Shown here: positions 52,701 through 64,000 of the stretch, piece by piece
Layout of the letters: every line of letters starts with the position of its first letter
How positions within the stretch are numbered: the first letter of the stretch is position 1
Source of the DNA: Lama guanicoe
Lineage: Eukaryota
Length of the DNA: 64,000 nt
Direction: 5' to 3'
Assembly: GCA_013239625.1 (NCBI GenBank)
Contig: MU053994.1
Location: 313,775 to 377,774 of the forward strand
Notes under the pieces: generated by a model
What the model was told of the DNA's origin: nothing
The model's database searches: none
Seen by the model: only the letters and a program-made list of their open reading frames with translations
Translations under genes and position numbers: made by a program

Positions 52701-53705
52701 ACTAATTAGGCTCAGGTCACTATGGGCTGTATTTACATTTCTGATTTGTACAGATTTGCAAGACAAAGATAGTTGCTTTTAATTCCCCAAAGGACTGGTC
52801 TGCCTCCTAAGTGATATTAAAAGATTGACTTGCCCAACTGTATTTTCTTTTATTTTCTTTTATAACAGTGAGATGATCTCCAACTAAACAGAAACCCAGG
52901 AGTTCCATGTTCTGGAACTTTAGGGACAATGTATCATGCCTTCAAAAGTTTGCACAAGGCATTCAACAGAGGCCCTCTTTCTGAGTGCACAGGTTATAAA
53001 CCCAAATCCAAAAAAAAAAAGATTATTGTTTTTTTTATTTGCCCTTGAATATTAACTCCTAGTTTTTGTTTTATATTCTGTGGGCTCAGGTGACCCTGTT
53101 GGTTACCTTAGTTTGTTTAATATTTCCTGAGGGGCAGATTCATATGCCCTGTCTTATAATACCAGGCAGTGGAATGGTTCCCCAGTGAGACCTGTCTATC
53201 CCACAATATAATTAGGCAAAAGAGATGTAACCATCTTATATAAAGCCCATTTAAATATGCTAACTTTTATAAACTTTCATCTCAATTCCATCGACTTTTA
53301 TACCTTTAACTTTAGTTTCTATTAGGACCCCATCAAGAAGCCTTGGTCTTACGAGTCCAGAAATTTTCCTTGCTTTCTGACCATTTTATCTATTTTTATA
53401 TAAAGGGCCTTGGACTCCCCAGTGAAGGGTTGAGCCAAGGGACTCAGGCCCTTTTGTTATTTTTTTTAACTTGATTAATTGGCCTAACTTGCCCCAAATA
53501 ATTGCTGGTCAGGTATCTCAGTACATTTTTTTTTAGCCTTTTAAATACATATTTTAAATTGGGATAGAGTAGACTTGTTTGAGGCTCTTTAATGTTGGAG
53601 ACCAGTAGGGGTCCCTTTGGCCCATCCAGTCTTAGGTAGTGTTGTATCAAACTTTTGTTTTAATCCCATTTATTTCAGTTTTATTTATTCCATTTCTTAA
53701 TAACC
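49766..53705 (-). mobile_element. Non-coding (MER4-group-like) ERV internal region, apparently 5'-truncated
   Basis: Contiguous with the LTR; AT-rich and lacking any long ORF. No second LTR seen at the far end; right boundary approximate. Confidence 0.7.
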
Positions 53706-55233
53706 ACCATTTTCTTGCTATCTTCTTTGGAGCACAGCTGTGTCTCTGAAGGCTTATTATGTTGTTAATGGACCTTTCTCTTTTTTTTTTTTTTTTGCTT
53801 CCTTCAAAGGCACTGAGTTGTGGGCCTAGGAATTTGTGGGAGAGAGGAGCACAAGACAGAAGTCTCTAATCTCAGGACAAGGGGGTTTTCTCCTCTGCAG
53901 TGGAGGGCATGCTGAGCTGATTAAGAGAAAGGGGGTCAGTCTGAGACCCCTGGGAAGGGGTGTGGCCTGTGGGCTCTAGGAAAAAAAAGTCTCAGGACAG
54001 GTTTTAAGCTTGGATCCTGTGTCCTGGCTACCTTGCCTGTCCTCTGAGATGGTAGCCTAGTCTGACTAATTGGTAATCTCAGTATGTTTAAGCATTGTAT
54101 TTATAATATTGAGGTACTTAGTTATCATTAAATATTCATTTTTTTCCTTTTATAAGTTAATAGCATCCCTGCTTTTTAGATAGGCACATAGATGCTCAGA
54201 ATAGAGATTACATTTCTTGGCTTTTGTCATAGTTAAGTTTGATCCCATGAATATATACAAGAAGTTGTATGCAACATCTTTGAAGGGAGAAGGGACCTAT
54301 ATTATTTTTTTTTTCCTTCTTGCTGACTGGAATATAGACATGGTGGCTGAATGTGGAATACCCATCTTTTTCAATGAGGTGACCAATAGCAGAGCAACAA
54401 GATAGAAGGAGCCTGGGTCCCTGACACCATGGAACTGCTGTACCAACCTACCTGCTTTTCTTTAGACTTTACATTAGGGATAAATACATTTTTATTTTTT
54501 TAGCTGCTTCTGCAAGTGAGCCTAATCTTTATGAATATAGTAAAGTACTCTCAATTCAATTTTGTCTTAGTTGGTAAGTATATTTCCAAACCAGGGAATA
54601 TATAGGAAAAAAAAGGTATTGTATGCTGTGTAGCAGCCATGACAAATCAGTAACATAACACAACTTTCCTCCATGTGTTCCTCATCCTCCAACTAGCTGG
54701 CCCAGGCATAGTCTCATGGTGCTGGGAGACATACAAGAGAACGAGTTCTTTTCCAAACCTCTCCATGTCTCATGGTTGTTAATATTCCATTGTCCAAAGC
54801 AAGGCGTGTGCCTGGACTCAGAATCAAGGGGAGGGAAAATATATTCTGTCTCTTGATGTGGGAAGCTGCAAAGTCACTTGGCGAAAGGCATGAATACAGA
54901 AATGAGTACAGAATTTGGGCCAGTAAGGCAATCAGTCTAACCTTAGTACTAATGCTTTTAAAATATGCTTAGAATAAATTTGGGGATAGGTTTTCATAGT
55001 CATCATAACACTCTGTCTGTATTTGGTATTTAATGTATTTGCAATATTGAGAAGAATTTGGCATGTTAGAAAATGTGACAGATTGAGATGATTTCAATTT
55101 CAAAAGTACAATTTTGTCATTAATTTTACTCTTTTGATTTGTAGTTGAAAGGTGTAAGATAACTTTACTAAGTAAACAATATTGAAGGTCTAAGAGAACT
55201 TGAGATTCATTACATTCCTAAATTGAATTTTTA

Positions 55234-56334
55234 TTTCTCTTTAAAGATTCACATATGAGTGATATCATATGGTATTTTTCTTTCTCTTTCTGGCTTACTT
55301 TACTTAGAATGACATTCTGAAGGGACACCCACGTTGCTGCAAATGGCATTATGTTGTCATTTTTATGGCTGAGTAATATTCCACTGTATAAATATACCAC
55401 AACTTCTTTACCCAGTCATCTGTCGATGGACATTTAGGCTGTTTCCATGTCTTGTGTAAATAGTGCTGCTATGATCATTGGGGTGCAGATGTCATCCTGA
55501 AGTAGGGTTCCTTCTGGATATATGCCCAGGAGTGGGATTGTTGGGTCATATGGTAAGTCTATTTTTAGTCTTTTGAGGAATCTCCATACTGTTTTTCACA
55601 ATGGCTGCACCAAACTGCATTTCCAACATTGTTGGAGGGTTCCCTTTTCTCCACACCCTCTCCAGCATTGATCATTTGTGGATTTTTGAATGATGGCCTT
55701 TCTGACTGGTGTGAGGTGATACCTCATTGTAGTTTTGATTTGCATTTCTCTGATAATTAGTGATATTAAGCATTTTTTCGTGTGCCTATTGGTCATTCAT
55801 ATGTCTTCATTGGAGAATTGCTTGTTTAGGCCTTCTACCCATTTTTGGATTGGGTTGTTTGTTTTTTTCTTATTAAGTCATATGAAGTGTTTATATATTC
55901 TGGAGATCAAGCCCTTGTCAGTTTCATCTTTTGCAAATGTTTCCTCCCATTCCATAGGTTGTCATTTTGTTTTGGTTATGGTTTCCTTTGCTGTGCAAAA
56001 GTTTGTAAGTTTAATTAGGTCCCATTTGTTTATTTTTGCTTTTATTTCTATTGCCTGGGTAGACTGCCCTAGGAGAATATTGCTGAGATGTACGTGAGAT
56101 AATATTTTGCCTATGTTTTCTTCTAGGAGGTTTATTGTATTTTGTCTTATGTTTAAGTCTAATCTGTTTTGAGTTCATTTTTGTATATGGTGTAAGGGAG
56201 TATTCTAGCTTCATTGATTTACGTGCTGCTGTCCAGTTTTCCCAACATCATTTGCTGAAGAGACTGTCTTTATTCCATTGTATGTTCTTGCCTCCTTTGT
56301 CAACGATTAATTGACCAAAAGTTTGTGGGTTCAT
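55234..56334 (-). mobile_element. Lineage-specific L1 ORF2 3' fragment lacking the 3' UTR, TSD-flanked
   Basis: 15-bp direct repeat TAAATTGAATTTTTA at 55219-55233 and 56335-56349; ORF2 peptides MRYHLTPVR and LTPYTKMNSK. Confidence 0.9.
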
Positions 56335-57479
56335 TAAATTGAATTTTTAGATCTTCTAGGATTTAGTACTTGTGGAAGTACTTCATTTAGTGCTGTTCTT
56401 AAGTGTTAGCTCTTCTGAAAGTCTTTTCCTGACCAGGCTATTAATAAATGACTGTATCTCCTTATCATGTCATCTCTAGTGCACTTATTTTTTGGCATTA
56501 TATTATATATTTTAAAATTACTAGTTTTAGCCTTAAAATATACTCTCCAGAAAGGTAATAATTTTGTTTTGCTTGCTGCTCTATCCAGAACATTTTAAAA
56601 AGTGCTTGGCATCTAGGTGTTACAAACATTTGCTGGCTGACTGAATGAATGAAACTTTTAGGTCATGCATTTGAAATGCTTGAAAAGAAATTTGAACATA
56701 CTATGTTAATGAATGTAATTCAAATTTCTTGTAAGATAATTAACTGATTGTAAACAGGACTGGTTAAGGAGTTCAGTCTGTTCCACTTGAATTGACTAAA
56801 TCTTAGTCAAAGATTTACAAGTTAGGAACTTAAAATTTACATTTATGAATAGGATAATAGGATTTTCAAATTGATCTTGAGAAATCAAGAAAAGGAAGGC
56901 TAGATTGTTAAATGTTCCTTTAGTAATTTGAATATAAATTAAAAAAATAAAAAATTTATAGGTAACAGTAACTAGTCTTTCCTGAACACAAAATCTTCCC
57001 TTGGACATAAAGAGTCTCACATTGTCCCCACAAAGTCTTTGTAATGCACATATGGGGAAGCATGAAACAGTAAACATGATTCCCAGAGGAGGAGCCAGGG
57101 GATAATTTTTTTACTGATATTATTGTCACTAGAGGGGAATGATGATTGTGTAATACAGGAAATGTAGAGGTTGAGGAAAAATGGAGAAGGTAGGGAGCTC
57201 TGTTTTAAAGAGATGGATAAACTTTTCCATGTCGTCAAAACCTAAATTGTCTGTCTCTCCAAAAACCTTATGATGAGGAAGACATTAGAGTTATGTAGGG
57301 AAAAGAAGGGAGCATCTAGGACAAATGATGGTGGCATTCCTGCTATAGATCCATTGAAAAGGGGAACGAATAAATAGTCGTCAAAGGTTTCATAATGAAA
57401 GCACCCACTGGCGCTTTGGAATAGCAGCAGTGGCAGTCACAGGGACTCTGGTTTCCATCACAACAGAATGTCCTGTCTC

Positions 57480-58005
57480 TGGAGTTGGTTTCCACCATTT
57501 TGGTTACACTGCCAGTAGCAAACTTCCTCAAAAGGTATTGGCTTAACACAGCCATTCTATTTTGCTTATCATTTTCTGGGACAGGAATCTGGGAAGAGCT
57601 CAGCAAGGCAATTGTCTCTGGTTCAGGTGGTATGAGCTAGAATAGCTTGGATTGGAAGACAGGCTTCCAAGTAGGAATGTTTTACTGACATATCTATTAT
57701 CTTAGTGGTTTATGGCCTCTCACTCTCTGTAAGTTGTATAATTTTTCAAGGCCCCTTCACGTAACTTGAGATTCTCACAAAATGATGGTCTCAGGGTAGT
57801 TGCTCTTCTTACATGGTGACTGGCTTCCCAGAGGCAGGAACCAGAGCTTTCAGGCCAGTTAAAGCCTACAAGTGGAACTGGAATAGCATTCCTTCCACTG
57901 ATTCTGTTGGTCAAAGTCGTCACAAGGGCTGCCCAGATTCAAAGAGGTGGAGATACAGACTCCATCTTTTAATGGGGCATTGTCAGTATCACATTGCAGA
58001 ATAGT
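57480..58005 (-). mobile_element. MaLR MLT1-family LTR split by an L1; remainder at ~60456-60510
   Basis: ATTCTGTTGGTCAAAG...ATCACATTGCAGAA resumes after the L1 as AGCATGTGATGGGAGG...TCTTTAGAAAATGTAATCTGC. Confidence 0.7.
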
Positions 58006-58009
58006 AGGT

Positions 58010-60455
58010 GTAGAAGATGCCAGTAAAAATGGCAGAGAAAAAAACCTCTGAAAATTTATAGCAATAAGAACACTGGCAAAAATTGTCAGAATCAACTTTT
58101 TCAGAACTCTGGAAATCAACTAAAGGCTTGCAACAACCTAGGGAGAATTTATTCAGAAATGATGGCTGAATCTAAATAAGAACAGTGAGCTGTGTGGCAT
58201 TTTAATTTTCCGTATTCCTACTCCATTCTCTTTGGCTCTATAGTAGCCTTGAAAACCAGTATATGGTAATCATAGTGAAAAGCAGGTGCCTGGAAGCCAC
58301 CAGAAGGGGTAGAACAGAGTTGGAGCACTCACCAGGTCACATTCCCAGAGAATTATTATTTGATCTGTGTGGTAGTTCCCTAGAAGACTCCACTCTCAAG
58401 GCTGTCTATTTGACTTGACATGGAACTTGCTCAGCGTGGAAGGCTTTTTCTTCAGAGCATTTTTGAAAAACAAAAAAGCAGTCAGAGGCAATTGTTGAAC
58501 ATTGTGGCTACCTGAGGTGGTATATAACATTTGGAGCAAACAGTAGGCTAACCAAAAAGCTTAAATGGAAAAACTGGGGAATGAGATGTCCTTATGGGAC
58601 TTTGAAAAACTCGACATATTCCTGGAAATCTAGAAGGCCCTGCACATATATAAGGCTGTGTACATACTCAGGAAAAACCTGAGAAGACTCTAAGCTCTTA
58701 TGTCGGACTAACCTGACGTCACTGCAAACAGGAAATACAGGCTAAGGTAGAGTTGTAAACTGCCTGACATAGTATTGAAGGCATGCCCGACCTGTACACA
58801 GATCCTCTCAACAAAGATTAGGAGACATTGGTTTTAAGCATCTAAGGAAATTTCTGTCCAATCATTAACTGAACACTAAGCTAACAGAGCAGAGACTTGA
58901 ATGGCAACACATGACAAAGAATGCAGACTTCATAGAATTAGTTCACAAAAGTCACTAAACAAACAACAAATTTTAGGGAAGGAGGAGGAATTGATTTCTA
59001 AAGTTGCCACATTATTTTATTTAATATGTCTGGTTTTCAGAAAAGAAAGGTATGAGGCATGCAGAGGAAGAATGAAGTATGGCCTATGCATAGGAAAAAA
59101 AAAAGTAGTCAATAGAAATGACCTGTGAGGAAGCCCAGATGTTGGAGTTATTAGACAAAACACTTGCAATAAGCTATTATAAATATATTCAAAGAACTAG
59201 AGGAAACCATATCTAAAAAATCTAAAGGAAAATATGAGAGCAGTGTCTCACCAGTTAAAGAAAAAGCATCAATTAGAAAAATGATTTTAAAAGAGTCAAA
59301 TAGAAATTATCAAGTTGAAAAGGACAATAAGAGAAATGGGAAATTCAGTAGAGGTGCTCAACAGTAGATTTGAACAGGCAGAAGAAAGAATCAGCGGATT
59401 TGAAAATAGGTCAAATGAGATTATTCAGTCTGAGGAGCAGAAAGAAAAAAAGCAATAGAAAGTGAACAGAGCCCAAGAGACCTTAGGGATAACACCAAGC
59501 ATACCAACATAGTCATAATGGGAAAACTGAGAGAATTCGTTAGTAGCAGAGCTACCCAACAAGATATATTAAAGGGAGTCCTTCGGACTAAAATGAAAAG
59601 ATGCTAGTCAGTTACCCAGATCCACATGAAGAAATAAGGAGCACCAGTAAATATTACTATATAGGTATATATGAAAAAAAATGTATTTTTTGTTTGTAAC
59701 TCTTTTTCACCCTATCTGATTTAAAAGACAATTGCATAAAGCGACAATAATCATAGTTCTGTGTTGATAAGAAATGTATAAATCTATAATTTGTATGACT
59801 ATAACAAGACAAAGGATGAGGAATAGAATGGTGATAAATTAGAGCAGTTTCTGTATACTATTGTAATTAAGTTGGTATTAATTTGAACTAGATTGTTTTA
59901 AGATGGTGATTGTCATTGCAAGGGCAATCACTAAGAAAATAACTCAAAAAATAGTGAAATAAATGACAAGAGAATGAAATGGTACCCTAAAAAATATCTT
60001 TTAGCAGAAAAGAAGGCAGCGATGGAGAAATGGAAGAACAAAAAAAGACATAAACATATGGAAAATAAAAAGCAAAATGGCAGGCATAAATCTTACCAAT
60101 AATCACATTAAATATAAACGGATTAAACATTCCAATTACAACACAGAAATTAGCAGAACGATTAAAAAAAAACATGATCAAACTATACAATAGCTCTAAG
60201 AGACATAGTTTAGATTCAAAGTCACAAATAGGTTGAAAATTAAAGGATAGAGAAACCATGCAAACTAACTGAAAAGAGAGCTGGATCAACTATTCTAATA
60301 TCAGACAAAATGGACTTTAAGACAAAATTGTTGCTAGAGACAGAGAGGCACCTTTTATTGTGATAACTCACAATCCATCAAGAAGATATAACAATTATAA
60401 ACACAGACACATCTAACAACAGAGCCCCAAGATACGTGAAGCAAAACTGACTGAA
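58010..60455 (+). mobile_element. Old L1M element: 5' region, decayed ORF1 and start of ORF2 (endonuclease)
   Basis: CAACAGTAGATTTGAACAGGCAGAAGAAAGAATCAG (ORF1); ATATCAGACAAAATGGACTTTAAGACAAAA and CAATCCATCAAGAAGATATAACAAT (ORF2 EN). Confidence 0.8.
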
Positions 60456-60989
60456 AAGCATGTGATGGGAGGTATCATTGTGGCTATCTTTAGAAAATGT
60501 AATCTGCTGTATCCATATGTGTTAAAAACTGAGAAAAGTCACACAGTTTTTAGAATTCACATTATCTCGTTCCAGTAACTCTCATTTAGATACATGTTGT
60601 GAAAATAAATGGGCTGATTACCCCTCAAGTCTCAAGATCATGTATTGAGCACCCAAATTAGCATCTAAAGCCTGAGGCAATGCAGAGTATATACAGTTCA
60701 TGTGACATTAAAAAGAAAGCACCTTTATGTATTAGGTTGGTTATCTCTTGTTGATCAGTCTGCCTTCCCCGGAAGTCTGGATTCGGTGTATTGATAGCTA
60801 GGTATTGAGGGCTGTGGCTGATCTTCCAAGTTATGGGGGACATATTTTTTATAGTCTCTCAGGAAGCTGGGGTTTCCTTCCTTGGACATTTGGAATGCTG
60901 TCCTTCATCCAACGGTGGACGTAGTCCATGTTGTACTAGTGAATTGTCCCCACAAGGGGACAGTATATGTTAACATGTACATTGATAGA

Positions 60990-61884
60990 TGTGGTAGGCA
61001 GGTAGGTAGACTTTCTAGAAGTGGTTGCCAAGATTCTAGGTCCCATTTTCCAGGACCTGTAAGTGTATTTGGATATCACTCCTGTGATTGTGTTATATGA
61101 CACGGTTCATCTTAAAAAGATAGGTTATCAGAGTGGGCCTAATCGAATTGCATGAGCTCTTAAAAGCAGAGAACGTTCTCTAGCTAGTGGTAGAACAGGC
61201 GGGCAGGAGGGAATATCAGAGCGATTCAGAACATGAGAAAAGGGGGTAAGGGGGTGGGAAGGGATAAAATGGGAGTTCAAGATTTGCAGATACTAACTAC
61301 TATATATAAAATAGATAAACGAGTTTCTTCTGTACAGCACAGGGAACTATATTCAGTATCTTATAGTAACCTGTAATGAAAAAATATGAAAACAAATACA
61401 TGTGTGTCTGAAACATCATGCTGTACACCAGAAATTGACACAACATTGTAAACTGACTATACTTCCATTAGAAAAAAAAAAGAATCGGGAAAATAAAAAC
61501 ATGAGAAGGATTCAACACACCATCCCTAGCCTTGAAGATGGAGGGGATCACTTGATAAGAAATGCAGGTGGCCTCGAAGAGCTGAGGGGGACCCTCAGTT
61601 GGCAGCCAGAAAGGAAATAGGGACCTGAATTCTATAACTTCAGGGGAATGAATTTTGCCAACAACTTAAATGAACTTCAGTTTGAAGTAAATTCTTCCCC
61701 AGAGCCTTTAGATAAGAGCCCAGCCTAGCCCACACCCTGATTTCAGTCTTATGAGACCCAGAGCAGAGAACCCAGATGAGTCCACCCAGACCTCTCACTT
61801 AAAGAACTGTGAGGTAATAAATGTGGTTGTTATAAGCTGTTTAGTTTATGGTAATTTGTTAAACAACCATAGAAAACGAATACA
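60990..61884 (+). mobile_element. MLT1D-like LTR with a nested L1 3' end (~61240-61497)
   Basis: TGTGGTAGGCAG start, ATAGAAAACGAATACA end. The nested L1 is flanked by 10-bp TSD AACATGAGAA (61230-61239, 61498-61507). Confidence 0.85.
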
Positions 61885-62249
61885 GTGGATCGAGTACCAG
61901 TGTAGAATCCCCTGCTATTTCTCGTCTTTCTTCTCCCCATGATCATGTGCATGAAGTACACACTGGATGCTAGATATAAAGCACTAAAAGGATGTCTATG
62001 ACAAGTAATGGGCATCACAAATTCAGGGATTTCCCCAACACAAATGGAAAAATCTGTGGATTTAATGATTGTCACATATGTGACACAGGTTTTCTTTATT
62101 ATTGTTTCAAAACCTTGTCTTCCATTATGGAAGGGGATTGAGTTATAATCCTGCCTGAGATTTTCAACATGATATTTCTAACAAATGATCAGGAGGATAT
62201 GTGAGAAGGGCCTACCTGATCTGTGTGTACAATTTCTACTTTATTTTTT

Positions 62250-62365
62250 AAAATTTTTATTGAAGTATCATTGATTTACAATGTTAGTTTCAGGTGTACA
62301 GCAAAGTGATTCAGTTATACACATACATACATGTATATTTTTTCTTTACAGATTCCTTTCCATTC
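62250..62365 (-). mobile_element. Very short L1 3' tip
   Basis: TTTTATTGAAGTATCATTGATTTACAATGTTAGTTTCAGGTGTACAGCAAAGTGATTCAG; flanked by ACTTTATTTTT on both sides. Confidence 0.8.
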
Positions 62366-64000
62366 CACTTTATTTTTATAGCAGCAAGTGATGGTAAGCT
62401 GTATTTTACTGAGCTTGTAGAATTTAAAGGACTTGTTTAGGGACACTTTTGAGTGCATATTTTTGGAGACTTCTTTGGAAACTGAGCAGTGAAACTTATT
62501 TAGGGATATCCTTTATTCTGAAAATTTCTCTCATTGAAAATGTCCCTGTACCAAGCACAGGTGATGAATATCAAATTGTTGGTTATTCTGCAGCCTCACC
62601 AGGGTAGAAAATCTTTCTGCTCTCAAAGTGCTGCCTCTCGCCAGTAGTAGCAGCCTCACCTTGCATCTTGACATGAATCAACCCATGGCTGGCTTTAAAA
62701 TGATTAAGCCAACCCTTATTTGCCTAGAATTTTTCATTCTTTTATCTTTCACCCTGTTGTTCATAGGGTCAAAATGCCTTAAAGTCTTTGGTTTGAATAG
62801 AAAAGGAATTTAAAGGTACATGGTGTTGAGTTGAGTCTTTAACACATAAAATAAGAATTTTCCATCTGTATCGTTCATTCTCAGTCTCTTCCTCTCCCCA
62901 TCCCTCTCTCTACCTTTACCTCCTGTTTTTGATATGTATTCCTACCTCACCTTCATGCCAAAAGGCTGTAAGCTTAGCATAGCTCTCATATGGGCCTTCT
63001 CTCTTTCATCAACTAAGTTCAGGAATTTTCAAAGATTAAATATGATAAGTTACTGTGAAATAGTGAGGCAGACTTTGGGGTCATAACCTTTCATCCAAAA
63101 GAAGTTTTAACTTTTGAACAGTTTATTTACTAGGCTATGTACCTATTGAGTCTACATTACAGAAACTTTTTCTGGGGGGAGGCATGAGGTTTTTGAGGTT
63201 GCTTTGAGAGATAATTAACTCATTCTCAGTTTCCTTACTAACAGGCTACTCTCTTAGATATGGTTTATTCCTCAGGCTTAACTTTTTTCCATGTTTTAGC
63301 TCCATAATCTTTATTTTTCCAGCCTTCCACTGCTGTGCTGGTTCTGATGTTGAAATTATCTAGGGGGAGGTTTTTATAGGACAGAGGCAGGACCCAATTC
63401 AGGATGTGACCAGGAGAGTCTTGCTAAGAGTACAACAGGAAGTGGACAGACTGTCTTAGATTATTTGATGTGCTGTACATTGTCATCATAGGTACACTGG
63501 CTCAGCGCCATCAGTTACACACATTGATGCAATCAAGTCGGAGACAGCTATATTCACGTGAAAATTTCCCTATGTCTGAGGCATCTGTTAGTGTAAAATG
63601 TAAGATGTGCTACAGTTCCAAAGCTTTGTGTTCAAAATTCTGTTTACCATGTAGTTTATCATTTTATGTGAAATGTCTCCATTTATAAATTTTGCTATTA
63701 TTTTGTAAAAATTAGAAACAGTAGGACAAACAAAACAGCCCTGTAGGCTATACGTAGTCACTGGATCAGTTGGTGAACTTTGAAAGCAGGGATTCCTTGT
63801 GATCTTGTTTTCTCTGTTAGTTCTCTCTCTCTCTCTCTCAGAAGGTGTACATGTTGAGTATACAAACAAGTATTTTGAACAAAGACTAGGTACATAATGG
63901 ATGATAAGATTTGTACAAGGATGTAATCTTTTACATCAATATTTACCTGGATGCCTGAACTGGGGCTGGGAAATTTATGGGAAGTCCATAATCAATGCAT

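Noticed and set aside
1..64000. Prokaryotic-type systems (CRISPR arrays, operons, rRNA)
   Set aside because: The sequence is mammalian; no regularly spaced repeat-spacer array, rRNA or long ORF is present.

Overview
Mammalian genomic DNA, very probably camelid (two tRNA-derived SINEs of the vic-1 type, cetartiodactyl-type L1 3' UTRs). It is repeat-rich, and I can support no protein-coding exon; the only ORF-track entries that resemble proteins are L1 ORF2 remnants. A CpG-island promoter (~28520-29140) carries an ATG-free first exon ending at a perfect CAG|GTAAGT donor (29135/29136). The rest of the window is therefore most likely intron 1 of a + strand gene that I cannot name. Most striking: bases 1-335 are the gapless reverse complement of 49718-50052 (334/335 identical). 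Identity then drops abruptly to about 80% inside the shared ERV1-type LTR. Recently homogenised inverted arms thus bracket a ~49 kb segment holding the promoter and exon 1 (candidate invertible segment, palindrome spacer or assembly artefact). Also notable are a TSD-flanked L1 with a foreign polyadenylated 3' tail, a TSD-flanked L1 lacking its 3' UTR, three perfect octamer motifs in 139 bp, and four solo LTRs in 3.7 kb. Repeat family names come from recognition of consensus motifs, not a database search.
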